NCBI GenBank assembly: GCA_963702435.1
Contig: CAVPCR010000004.1
Location: forward strand, 370,829-434,828
DNA from: Candidatus Eiseniibacteriota bacterium
Lineage (GTDB): Bacteria; Eisenbacteria; RBG-16-71-46; CAVPCR01
DNA length: 64,000 nucleotides
Reading direction: 5' to 3'
Part shown: positions 29,677 through 38,692 of the stretch, piece by piece
Numbering within the stretch: position 1 is the first letter of the stretch
How the letters are laid out: every line of letters starts with the position of its first letter
Translations under genes and position numbers: made by a program
The notes under the pieces: generated by a model
The model's input: only the letters and a program-made list of their open reading frames with translations
The model's database searches: none
What the model was told of the DNA's origin: nothing

Positions 29677-29703
29677 CTTCCACCGGCGGGCGCCGCCGGC
29701 TCT

Positions 29704-30123
29704 CTACTCCCCGATGATCTTGACGAGCACGCGCTTCGGGCGGCGGCCGTCGAACTCCCCGTAGAAGATCTGCTCCCACGGGCCGAAGTCGAGCCTCCCG
29801 CCGGTGATCGCCACCACCACCTCGCGGCCCATCAGCTGCCGCTTGATGTGCGCGTCGGCATTGTCCTCGCCGGTCAGGTGATGGCGGTAGTCGGTTCCGG
29901 GCCGGTAGGGGGCGAACGCCTCGAGCCAGCGCGCGAAGTCGGCATGGAGGCCTGACTCGTCGTCGTTGATGAAGACGCTCGAGGTGATGTGCATCGAGTT
30001 GACGAGGCAGAGCCCCTCCTGGACGCCGCTTGCGCGCACGGCGGCTTCTACCTCCGAAGTGATGTTCACGAACTCGAGCCGCTCGGGCGTGGTGATCCTG
30101 ATCTCGTGGCGATGGGTCTTCAC
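29704..30123 (-). CDS. yjbQ: YjbQ/UPF0047 family protein (secondary thiamine-phosphate synthase)
   Basis: 139 aa. ...FVNITSEV...[20 protein letters not shown]...H...GEDNADAH... is the family signature. Confidence 0.85.
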   Translation of the reverse strand: MKTHRHEIRITTPERLEFVNITSEVEAAVRASGVQEGLCLVNSMHITSSVFINDDESGLHADFARWLEAFAPYRPGTDYRHHLTGEDNADAHIKRQLMGREVVVAITGGRLDFGPWEQIFYGEFDGRRPKRVLVKIIGE

Positions 30124-30986
30124 GGGAAAAGCCTCCGGGCCACCGCCGCCCAGCCGGCGGGGCCGGGCGCCGGGGCGAGCGCGGCGCGGGGGACGCCGCG
30201 CCGGAGATCGGGGTCGGGCGCGCCGTCTCGGCGCGGCACGATGACCGGATGATCCACGGCGCCGAGCAGCGCCACGTCGTGCGGGCCGTCGCCGAAGCCG
30301 ATCGTCACCGGAGCCCAGCCGGCACGGCGGAACCAGTCGATGACGATGCGGGTTGCATGCCCCTTGTCGGTGCGACCGTGCAGGTGGTGCATGATCGCCC
30401 CGCGCGTGATCGTGAGGCCGCGGCGGGCGAGGACCCGGCGGATGGCCGCCGCGTGTCCGCGCGGGTGGCGGAGGAAGACGAAGGGCTCGTCGAACTGGCG
30501 GCGGCGGGCGAGGCGGATCGCGGCCGGGGCGAGGCCGGTGAGCGCGCGGAGTTCCGCCTCGCTCATCGCGCCGAGGCCTCGCACGCCGTTCCCGAGGAGG
30601 GTGCCGATCTCGGCGAGGCCGGCCCGCACCTCGTCGATCCCGACTGCGAGCGGGATGAGGAGCCCCTCGCGCGTGCGCCGGCGGGGGATGCCGGGAGGCA
30701 GCGGAACCGGCAGCGAGCCCGCGGGGATCACGACCGCTCCGCCGCTCTCGACGATCGCGGGCAGGCGGAATCCGATCGCGCGCTCGAGCGCGCGCACCTC
30801 GGCCTCCGTCTTGCTGGTGCAGAGGATGACGGGCACGCCAGCGCGGTGGAGGCGCCGGAGCACGGTCCGCGCCGGCCCCAGGCGATAGGTGCGCGCGTCG
30901 AGGAGGCAGCCGTCGACGTCGGTGAAGACGAGGAGTCGGGGTGACATCATCGCGGCGAGCTTAGAGCGGGGTGCGGGGTCCGGCAA
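30120..30986 (-). CDS. HAD-IIB hydrolase, mannosyl-3-phosphoglycerate phosphatase-like
   Basis: Motif I is [11 protein letters not shown], followed by ...[10 protein letters not shown]..., as in MPGP/YedP-type phosphatases. The stop overlaps the yjbQ start. Confidence 0.65.
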   Translation of the reverse strand: MPDPAPRSKLAAMMSPRLLVFTDVDGCLLDARTYRLGPARTVLRRLHRAGVPVILCTSKTEAEVRALERAIGFRLPAIVESGGAVVIPAGSLPVPLPPGIPRRRTREGLLIPLAVGIDEVRAGLAEIGTLLGNGVRGLGAMSEAELRALTGLAPAAIRLARRRQFDEPFVFLRHPRGHAAAIRRVLARRGLTITRGAIMHHLHGRTDKGHATRIVIDWFRRAGWAPVTIGFGDGPHDVALLGAVDHPVIVPRRDGAPDPDLRRGVPRAALAPAPGPAGWAAVARRLFP

Positions 30987-31088
30987 GCGGGCATCGGCGC
31001 ATCTTCGCGCGTGTCAAGGGGTCGCATCTCGCCTATTCTCTCTTCGCGCGCGGCGCCCGGCCCGGCCGTTGCCGCTCCAGGAACCCGG

Positions 31089-33071
31089 ATGCTGACACCT
31101 TTCCTCCGCGATCTCGCCATCCTCCTCGCGCTCGGCGTCGTGGTGGTCCTCGCCTTCCACCGCCTGCGCCTGCCGGCGATCGTCGGCTTCCTCCTCGCCG
31201 GTGTGATCGCGGGTCCGCACGGGCTCCGGCTGATCGACAACGTGCACGCGGTCGAGAGCCTGGCCGAGGTCGGGGTCATCGTGCTCATGTTCACGATCGG
31301 TCTCGAGTTCTCGGTCGGCGAGCTCAAGCGGATCCGCACGGTCGCGCTGACCGCCGGCACCGTGCAGGTCGCCGGCACGATCGCCGCCGTCGCCGGGCTC
31401 GGCGTCGCGTTCCTCGGTCTCTCGCTCGCCGAGGGCCTCTTCGCCGGCATGCTCGTCGCGCTGAGCTCGACCGTCATCGTCCTGAAGATCCTCGGCGACC
31501 GCGGCGAGCTGACCGCCCCGCACGGGAAGATCGCGGTCGCCGTGCTCATCTTCCAGGACCTCTGCGTCGTGCCGATGATGCTCGTGGCCCCGCTCCTCGC
31601 CGGCGGGGAGACGTCGCTCACCCGCATCGCCCTCGTTCTGGGCCAGGCGCTTCTCGTCGTGGTCCTGACCGTCGTGCTCTCACGGCGGGTGGTGCCGCGA
31701 CTTCTCCATCTCGCCGCCGGGACGCGGAGCCGCGAGGTGTTCATCCTCACCGTCATCCTCGTCTGCATCGGCACCGCCTGGATCTCCCAGCGCATCGGGC
31801 TCTCGCTCGCGCTCGGCGCCTTCATCGCCGGGATCGTGATCTCCGAGTCGGAGTACAGCCACCAGGCGATGAGCGACGTGCTTCCCTTCCGCGACACCCT
31901 GGCCAGCGTCTTCTTCCTCGCGGCGGGCATGCTCCTCGATCTGGGCGCGATCGGGCGCGCGCCGGGCTTCGTCTTCGGGCTCGCCGTCGTCCTCATCGCG
32001 CTCAAGGCGATCGTGGCGGGGATCGCCGTCCTCGTGCTCCTTCGCTATCCGCTCCGGGTCGTCGTCCTCTCCGCGCTCGCGCTGGCCCAGCTCGGCGAGT
32101 TCTCGTTCGTGCTGGCGGCGGTCGGTACCGATCTGGGTCTCACCCCGCCGGCGTTGCGCCAGCCCCTCCTCGCCGCGATCGTGCTCAGCATGGTGGTCAC
32201 TCCCTTCCTGATCGCCGGCGGCCGGCGGCTGGCCGAGCGGATCGCGACCCGCGCTGCCGACTCCGGGGGGCGCGCCGACCAGGGCGTGCTCGCCCAGTCG
32301 CCGTCCCGGCTCCACGATCACACGATCATCATCGGCTTCGGTCTCAACGGGCGGAACGTCGCTCGCGTCCTCGACGAGGCCGACATCCGCTACGTCGCGG
32401 TCGAGATGAACGCGCAGACCGTGGCCGGCGAGCGGCAGCGCGGAGTGCCCATCGTCTACGGGGACGCCTGTCAGGCCAACGTGCTCGAGGGCGTCGGCGC
32501 GCGGGCGGCGCGCGTCATCGTGATCGCGATTTCCGATCCGGCGGCGACCCGCCGCATCACGCAAACCGCGCGCCGCCTGAATCCGGCGGCGGAGATCATC
32601 GTGCGCACGCGCTACGTCGAGGAGGTCGAGGCGCTGGCGCTGGCGGGGGCGAGCGACGTGGTGCCGGAGGAGTTCGAGACCTCGATCGAGATCTTCTCGC
32701 GGGTGCTCCGCACCTACATGGTGCCGGGCGAGGTGATCGAGGACCTGATCCGCGCCATCCGCCAGGACGAGTACGTGATGCTCCGCTATCGCGATCTGCC
32801 CGGGGTGAGTCTCGTCGGGAACCTCGCCGGCCTGAAGACCGAGATCGTCCGCGTCGAGCGCGGCGCGCCGATCGCAGGGCTCACGCTCCAGGAGAGCCAG
32901 ATCCGGTCGACCACCGGGACCGCGGTCGTCGCCATCCGGCGTGGCGAGGAGACCATCTCGAACCCGCCGCCGGAGACGCGCCTCGAGCCGGACGACGTGG
33001 CGCTCCTCCTCGGGAAGGCCGAGCAGGTGCTGGCGGCGGCGGTGCTCTTCCGCGGCGGGCGGGGCGCGTAG
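31089..33071 (+). CDS. CPA2-family cation:proton antiporter with RCK (TrkA-N/TrkA-C) domains
   Basis: ATG at 31089 (MLTPFLRDLAILLALG...), about 12 TM segments, a Rossmann motif IIIGFGLNGRNVA and a C-terminal TrkA-C-like domain. Confidence 0.85.
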   Translation: MLTPFLRDLAILLALGVVVVLAFHRLRLPAIVGFLLAGVIAGPHGLRLIDNVHAVESLAEVGVIVLMFTIGLEFSVGELKRIRTVALTAGTVQVAGTIAAVAGLGVAFLGLSLAEGLFAGMLVALSSTVIVLKILGDRGELTAPHGKIAVAVLIFQDLCVVPMMLVAPLLAGGETSLTRIALVLGQALLVVVLTVVLSRRVVPRLLHLAAGTRSREVFILTVILVCIGTAWISQRIGLSLALGAFIAGIVISESEYSHQAMSDVLPFRDTLASVFFLAAGMLLDLGAIGRAPGFVFGLAVVLIALKAIVAGIAVLVLLRYPLRVVVLSALALAQLGEFSFVLAAVGTDLGLTPPALRQPLLAAIVLSMVVTPFLIAGGRRLAERIATRAADSGGRADQGVLAQSPSRLHDHTIIIGFGLNGRNVARVLDEADIRYVAVEMNAQTVAGERQRGVPIVYGDACQANVLEGVGARAARVIVIAISDPAATRRITQTARRLNPAAEIIVRTRYVEEVEALALAGASDVVPEEFETSIEIFSRVLRTYMVPGEVIEDLIRAIRQDEYVMLRYRDLPGVSLVGNLAGLKTEIVRVERGAPIAGLTLQESQIRSTTGTAVVAIRRGEETISNPPPETRLEPDDVALLLGKAEQVLAAAVLFRGGRGA

Positions 33072-33099
33072 CTCCCTCCGGCGAGCGACCGATCTGATC

Positions 33100-33315
33100 A
33101 TGGTGCTCAGTCAAGCGATGACCGGCGCGAGCCAGCGGGACTTCAACCTGTACAGCGAGCTCGCCTCGGCCTACCATGAACTCGGGATTCCTGATCCTAT
33201 GAAGTTCTCGCCGGGGCCGCTGACCAAGCTGGCAGAGCAGACGAAACCCTTGATCCGGCATGCAGACGGAATCGATGCGATGGCGGGGTGCACAGGTGCC
33301 TTGAGGAGACGCTGA
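33100..33315 (+). CDS. Small hypothetical ORF (71 aa)
   Basis: The ATG at 33100 opens an AT-richer stretch. The stop overlaps the next ATG (TGATG at 33313-33317). No recognisable motif. Confidence 0.25.
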   Translation: MVLSQAMTGASQRDFNLYSELASAYHELGIPDPMKFSPGPLTKLAEQTKPLIRHADGIDAMAGCTGALRRR

Positions 33316-33674
33316 TGCTCATGGGCAGTCGGAGAGCGATGGTCATTGCCGTGTCATGGCTCGGGATTGGCGGGCTGTTGCTGGGGTGCGAGGATGACGG
33401 GGGTGGTCCAGACACGGGCTTCCTGTCGGTCTCAGTGCTGGACCAGGAAGTCGGCCCGGTAAGCGGACAAGCGATCTCGGTTTCGCCGGCAGGCATGGAC
33501 GGGGAGACGAACGCAGAGGGCATCGCGATGTTCGAGCTGGCCGCTGGCGAGTACGTCGTCGATGCCGACGTGTGCTGTGTCGGTCCCGGGTTCATCCAGT
33601 ATCACGTGCCGGTCACCGTGGTGGCCGGGGACACGACAAAGGTCACCCTGGATGCGTGCATGTCATGTGAGTGA
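33315..33674 (+). CDS. Small lipoprotein, carboxypeptidase-regulatory-like fold
   Basis: Lipobox ...GGLLLGC. The pattern ...VLDQEVGPVSGQAISVSP...TNAEGIAMFELAAGEYVV... resembles CarboxypepD_reg domains. Confidence 0.45.
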   Translation: MLMGSRRAMVIAVSWLGIGGLLLGCEDDGGGPDTGFLSVSVLDQEVGPVSGQAISVSPAGMDGETNAEGIAMFELAAGEYVVDADVCCVGPGFIQYHVPVTVVAGDTTKVTLDACMSCE

Positions 33675-34275
33675 GCCACTGCCGGCCAGTGGTGTCCTGC
33701 CGACGGCGCTGCGGTTGTTCCTGGTCGCCGCGCTCTGCCTCGTCGGCGTCACCGCTGCGAATGCGGCAGACAAGAGCGACCAGCCCTGGCAGTCAGTCGT
33801 TCGCGCCGTCCGGGATCCCGACACCGGGGCCAGCTCGATCAAGGTCAACGGTTACCTGCTGCAGAAGGCCGGCGAGCCCAGAACGTTCCACTTTCTCAGC
33901 CTCTGGCAGTACGACGTGACGGCAGGCAGGTGGCGGAGAATCATCATCGTGCGCGCCGGAGAACCCATCACTCTCGAGCCAGAAGCAGGTACGATCTACT
34001 CTGCGCGGCAGGACCGCGAGCTGGTTGTCATGCCGGACCAGAGCGGCCTCTTCTGGTGCGAGTGGGAAGAGGACGGCCGGCAGACAGGCACCCTGGTCCA
34101 TTCCGGTCCCATTCTCTGCAACGATCTGCACATCGGTCCTCCTCCGGAGGGAATGATCGCTGCGTGCGTTCCATCCTCCAGTGGGGCCAGGGCGATGTTT
34201 GTTCCGGATCCGCAGTCGCATTGTCGGGAGCCGGCCCGGTCGAGCCAGGCCGTGATCCTCGAGGTGGCGCCGTGA
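33652..34275 (+). CDS. Hypothetical secreted protein
   Basis: The start is ATG at 33652 or GTG at 33667, overlapping the previous stop. Signal peptide ...LFLVAALCLVGVTAANA. No recognised domain. Confidence 0.4.
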   Translation: MRACHVSEPLPASGVLPTALRLFLVAALCLVGVTAANAADKSDQPWQSVVRAVRDPDTGASSIKVNGYLLQKAGEPRTFHFLSLWQYDVTAGRWRRIIIVRAGEPITLEPEAGTIYSARQDRELVVMPDQSGLFWCEWEEDGRQTGTLVHSGPILCNDLHIGPPPEGMIAACVPSSSGARAMFVPDPQSHCREPARSSQAVILEVAP

Positions 34276-35450
34276 ACGACGAACGGCATGTTCCGGTGAG
34301 GCGAACTGCCGGCGCCGAACGGGCGATCGCGCTCGCCGCAGCCCTGATCGTGGCGATCGCTGCCGCCGGCTGCGATGACGAAGAGACGCCCTATCAGCCG
34401 GTGCCCGTGGACGTCGCCGGCATCTGGCAGCAGGTCGCCGGGGCCCATCTCCTCCATCCCCGGGACGACATCACGGCAACCGGCGACGCGCTCTACCTCC
34501 GGCTCGATGACGGCACCGGCCGGCTCCAGATCCGGGACTGGACCAACGGGATCGTCGACTGCATCCCGGTCCTCTATGCGCTCGCCCCGCCCCGGGCGCT
34601 CATCCTCGAAGCCGCGGAGTGGTCGGACATCTACCGCGTCGACCGCAGTGCCGGCGACACCCTCAAGCTTGCCGATCCGGAGGGGCGCGAGTCGGTCTTC
34701 GCGCTCTGCGCGACACTTCCCGACTCGGTGCGTTGCGGCGAGATCGAGGTGGTGCGGCGCTTCGATCTCCCCGACTCGGTCTCCGCCACCGGCGGACTCG
34801 CCTTCGACGGCACCTTGCTCTGGTTCACCTCATCCGGATGCGAGCAGCTCTACGGCGTCGATCCGGAGAGCGGCGCGATCGCCGCGGTCCGCCCCGTGCT
34901 CGCCTCGCCGGCCACTCTCGTCACGGGCGCCGAGGGCCCTGATCTCTGGCGCCTGTATGGATGCGGCGTGGTGGGCGACAATCCCATGCGCAGCAAGGTC
35001 TGGCGCATCGCGCCCGACGAGTCGATCCGGGACGAGGTGGACACGGCGGATCTCGCGCCCTGGAACGCGGTGGGTTCTGCGGCGCACGATCCGGCGACGG
35101 GCCACCTGTGGACGTTCCGGGCCACATTCCCGGGGCAGGTGGAATTCGTCGTGATCGACACCGCCGCCGAACCGGACCGGCTGGTGCTCACGCGCGATGC
35201 CCGGTTGATCGTCTCCGAGATGTGCTGGCAGGGGGAGCGGCTCCTTGCGCTCACCCGCGGCGAGGAATCGCTGCTCCTGACCGAGATCGACACCGAGACA
35301 TTCATGGTGAGCCGCACCTATGCGTCCCTCGCGGGTCTCTGGCTCGGCGGCGTGGCCGCCGTGGGCGACAGGATCTTCCTGCTCGCGGCTCCGGAGCGGG
35401 AACGCCGGGCCGTCCTGCTCGAGGTGAAGCTCGTATGGCCCGGTCCGTGA
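34272..35450 (+). CDS. Lipoprotein, paralog 1 (beta-propeller-like)
   Basis: GTG at 34272 overlaps the upstream TGA (GTGA). Lipobox ...AIAAAGC. GLAFDGTLLWFTSSG...LYGVDPESG is reminiscent of glutaminyl-cyclase-type propeller blades. Confidence 0.6.
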   Translation: MNDERHVPVRRTAGAERAIALAAALIVAIAAAGCDDEETPYQPVPVDVAGIWQQVAGAHLLHPRDDITATGDALYLRLDDGTGRLQIRDWTNGIVDCIPVLYALAPPRALILEAAEWSDIYRVDRSAGDTLKLADPEGRESVFALCATLPDSVRCGEIEVVRRFDLPDSVSATGGLAFDGTLLWFTSSGCEQLYGVDPESGAIAAVRPVLASPATLVTGAEGPDLWRLYGCGVVGDNPMRSKVWRIAPDESIRDEVDTADLAPWNAVGSAAHDPATGHLWTFRATFPGQVEFVVIDTAAEPDRLVLTRDARLIVSEMCWQGERLLALTRGEESLLLTEIDTETFMVSRTYASLAGLWLGGVAAVGDRIFLLAAPERERRAVLLEVKLVWPGP

Positions 35451-36574
35451 GCGGGTCTCGAGGCCGTCCCGGACGGCGAGTCGGGGCCGGCGCGGCGGCG
35501 CTTCTCCTCGCCGCCCTGGTCGCCTCGTGCGATGAGGACGATCCGGTCCGGCCGCTCCTTCCGGATGTGGCCGGGATCTGGATGCAGGTCGGCGGGCAGT
35601 ATCTCCTGGATCCCGATGTCGCGGCCGAGGCCGCCGGTGTCGCGCTCGTCCTCGAGATCGATGATGACTCCGGCGGGAGCCTCCACCGGAGAGCCCTGGC
35701 GAGCGGGGTCGTCACCTGCATCTCGATCATCTACGGCTTGCCGGCAGCCGATCAGATGCTCGCCTCCCTCGGCCGCGGGACGACCCTCTACGGGGTCGCC
35801 AGACCGCATGCCGACTCGCTCGTGCTCACCGACGCCGCGGGACACCTGACGGTCTTCGCGCGGATCGCGGCTCCTCCCGACTCCATGCTCTGCTCCTCAC
35901 TCCCGATCGTGCGGCGCCACGATCTGAGCCTCGATTGCGACGGGCGCACCGGGCTCGCCTTCGACGGAACGTTTCTCTGGTTCACCGGGATCACCGCCCA
36001 CGATCTTATCCCGGTCGAGCCCGCGAGCGGCGCCGTCGCCGCGCCGCGGCGCATCGACGTCGCCGATGCCAGCGTCGTCGAGAGCGCACAGGGTGCGGAT
36101 CTCTGGCGCACCTGCGGGTGTGATCCCTATGATCCCGGATTCGGGAAGGTGTTCCGGATCACTCCGGAGGAGACGATCGCCGAGAAGGTGAGCAGTCGCG
36201 CCTTCGGCACATGGGATACGCCGCGCTGCGTGGCCTACGATCCCGGCGCCGGTTCGCTGTGGATCCATGGATTCGGGCGGCACGGGCCGTTCACGCTCCT
36301 CGAGATCGATGCCGAGGCCGATCCGGACGAGCTGCTCCGATCCTTCAGCCTGGGGTTTGCGGTCGATGCCATGTGCTGGCGCGGAAGCGAGCTCCTCGCC
36401 TTGATCGGGAACCGCGTGGTGCGGATCGACGGGTCGACGTTCCGCGTGCTCCGGACCTACGACCCGCCCGCCGATCTCGAGCTCTCCGGGATCGCGGTGG
36501 CCGGAGCGCAGGTTTTTGCCCTCGCCACCCCCTGGGCATCGAGTCAGGCCATCATCCTCGAGCTCGGGCTCTGA
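35435..36574 (+). CDS. Lipoprotein, paralog 2 of the preceding gene
   Basis: ATG at 35435 overlaps the upstream gene by 16 nt. Lipobox ...ALVASC. It is colinear with paralog 1 (DVAGIWMQVGG / DVAGIWQQVAG; GLAFDGTFLWFTG / GLAFDGTLLWFTS). Confidence 0.6.
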   Translation: MARSVSGSRGRPGRRVGAGAAALLLAALVASCDEDDPVRPLLPDVAGIWMQVGGQYLLDPDVAAEAAGVALVLEIDDDSGGSLHRRALASGVVTCISIIYGLPAADQMLASLGRGTTLYGVARPHADSLVLTDAAGHLTVFARIAAPPDSMLCSSLPIVRRHDLSLDCDGRTGLAFDGTFLWFTGITAHDLIPVEPASGAVAAPRRIDVADASVVESAQGADLWRTCGCDPYDPGFGKVFRITPEETIAEKVSSRAFGTWDTPRCVAYDPGAGSLWIHGFGRHGPFTLLEIDAEADPDELLRSFSLGFAVDAMCWRGSELLALIGNRVVRIDGSTFRVLRTYDPPADLELSGIAVAGAQVFALATPWASSQAIILELGL

Positions 36575-36596
36575 CCGATGATGCGGCGGCTGCCGC

Positions 36597-36630
36597 GCCG
36601 GCGCCGTATCGGCGCCGTATCGGCGCCGGC
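36597..36630 (+). terminator. GC-rich hairpin after the lipoprotein cluster
   Basis: GCCGGCGCCG-(14 nt)-CGGCGCCGGC is a perfect 10-bp stem 23 nt after the stop. The loop contains a tandem GGCGCCGTATC. No U-tract. Confidence 0.4.
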
Positions 36631-36681
36631 TCCGCGGTGGTAATGTAAGCACGGATCTCCCCGGCGGCGCGGAGTCGAGCC

Positions 36682-37944
36682 ATGCCCTATGCGATCGACA
36701 CGATCGTCCGCGGTCTTCTCCAGGCGCTCGCGATCGGCTTCCTGATCGGCGCCGAGCGCGAGAGCCGCGCCCTCGAGTCGCCGCGCGCGGTGGCGCCCGG
36801 GCTCCGCGACTTCATCCTGATCGCCCTCACCGGTAGCGTGGCCGGTTTTCTCGGCGCGACGCTGTTCACCGCGCTCGCCTTCGCCGCCATCGTCGCGGTC
36901 ATCCTCGTCCGGCGGCTCAAGGATCCCAGCGAGCACGGGATCACGACCGAGATCGCCGCGCTCCTCACCTTCTGGCTCGGGCTCCTCACCCAGCGCCCGC
37001 CCTTCGGCATGCTCGCTCTCGGGAGCGCGGTCGGGGTCACCATCATCCTCATGGTGAAGGACCCGATCACCCGTCTCGTGCGCGAGGTCATTTCGAAGAC
37101 CGAGTTCTACGACACGGTCAAGTTCCTCGCCATCGTCTTCATCGTGTATCCACTCCTCCCGGCCGGCGAGTACGGGCCGTACGGCTTCTTCGCACCGCGC
37201 ACGATCTGGAAGTTCGTGATCCTCGTGTCGTCGGTTTCCTACGTCGGCTATTTCCTCACCCGCTTCATCGGGGGGTCGCGCGGTCTCCTCCTGACCGGCG
37301 TGGTCGGGGCGCTCGCCTCGACCACCGCCACGACCTCGGCCTTCGCCGAGGGGGCCCGCGAGTTTCCCGAGCGCTGGCGGGAATACGCCTGGGCGACCAC
37401 CATCTCGAACGCCATACAGTTTCCGCGGGTCGCCGCCATCATCTACGTGATGAACCCGGGGCTCTCGCTCGCCGCACTGCGGCCGCTGCTCGCCATGTTC
37501 GCAGCCGGGCTCCTCGTCGGCCTCTGGCAGGCGCGAGCCGCCCGCCGCTCGCAGGAGAGCGCGCCGGCCGCGGCGCGGCCGCTCGTCAGGAACCCGTTCT
37601 CCTTGTGGCCGGCGGTCCAGTTCGGCCTCATCTTCACCGTGATCCTCTTCATCGCCAGGTTCGGGGCGATGCGCTTCGGCGCGCGCGGCGCCCTGAGTTC
37701 GAGCCTGGTCGGCGGGCTCATCGATGTCGACGCCATCACGATCTCGCTCGCCAATCTGGTGGCCGCGGGCGAGCTGGCGCCGGCGGTGGGCCTGCTCGCG
37801 GTGCTTCTCGCCCTCCTCGCCAACGCCGCGTTCAAGACGGGGCTCGCGTTCACGGCGGGCGGGCGGCGGTTCGGGTGGGCGCTCGCCCTCGCCTTCGGCG
37901 CGATGTTCGCGATCGGCTTCGCGGTGGCGTTTGCGGTCCGCTGA
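36682..37944 (+). CDS. MgtC/SapB family plus DUF4010 membrane protein
   Basis: The N-terminus ...LLQALAIGFLIGAERE...GLRDF.LIAL.G is MgtC-like, and the rest is a polytopic DUF4010-like C-terminal half. Confidence 0.8.
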   Translation: MPYAIDTIVRGLLQALAIGFLIGAERESRALESPRAVAPGLRDFILIALTGSVAGFLGATLFTALAFAAIVAVILVRRLKDPSEHGITTEIAALLTFWLGLLTQRPPFGMLALGSAVGVTIILMVKDPITRLVREVISKTEFYDTVKFLAIVFIVYPLLPAGEYGPYGFFAPRTIWKFVILVSSVSYVGYFLTRFIGGSRGLLLTGVVGALASTTATTSAFAEGAREFPERWREYAWATTISNAIQFPRVAAIIYVMNPGLSLAALRPLLAMFAAGLLVGLWQARAARRSQESAPAAARPLVRNPFSLWPAVQFGLIFTVILFIARFGAMRFGARGALSSSLVGGLIDVDAITISLANLVAAGELAPAVGLLAVLLALLANAAFKTGLAFTAGGRRFGWALALAFGAMFAIGFAVAFAVR

Positions 37945-37961
37945 CCGACGCGGCGCTGGCG

Positions 37962-38321
37962 ATGGCCGCTTCCTCCCCCTCGTTGGTCGAGCGTCCCCTG
38001 CGCTTTGTCGCTTGGGCTCTTCTCGCTCTGGCGATGAGCCCGAGCCCGACACCGGCAGACCAGGACTCTGTGCTCCTGGTCCCCGGCGTGGAGTACACGA
38101 CCCCGATCCACTTCGGCGTCGCCGGGATCCCGCATTCGCTCGATAGCTTCGCCTACCAATCGGGGACCGTTCCCCCCTATGCCGCCGTCGCGGCCGATCT
38201 CCGGAGCGTGGTCTGGGATGGAAGGGACGGCCGCGGCCTCCCAGTGTCATCCGGAATGTACGTCCTGCGGTTGAGCACCGGCGGGCGCACCTGGACCAGC
38301 CGGCTCATGGTCAATCGCTAG
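37962..38321 (+). pseudogene. Short ORF carrying only the last about 35 aa of a CTD (probable 3' remnant)
   Basis: It ends ...VWDGRDGRGLPVSSGMYVLRLSTGGRTWTSRLMVNR, but the N-terminal strands of the CTD are missing. It lies in a patchwork region. Confidence 0.35.
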
Positions 38322-38394
38322 GACCGGGTCGGCGCCATCACGATCTGGCTCGCCAATCTGGCGGCCGCAGGCGAGGCGCCGGTCGGCGCCAGCG

Positions 38395-38496
38395 GGCCAG
38401 CACCACCTCGGTGGTCCGTTCACCCCCCGGCGTGGTGACCGGCGCGAAGTAGACGCCGGATGACACCGGTGGTCCGGAGTCATCGCGCCCGTCCCA
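38395..38496 (-). pseudogene. CTD remnant on the minus strand
   Basis: The minus strand reads WDGRDDSGPPVSSGVYFAPVTTPGGERTTEVVLA with a stop codon 12 codons upstream and no start, so it is a gene fragment. Confidence 0.4.
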
Positions 38497-38692
38497 GCGG
38501 CCGGGATCCTCCCGTAGCCAGCGAGACGCCCGGCGCTATGTGCCGCCGCCGGCCTGGATCACCGAGCCCGCGAACGAGGAGGCGTCTCGCTGAGACCGCC
38601 TGGATGTCGTTGATCTATCTCTCCACGGCCGACTGGTCCGCATACGTGCCGACCGCGCGGGTTGCGGGCCCTGGCTCCCGTTGCGATCCACG

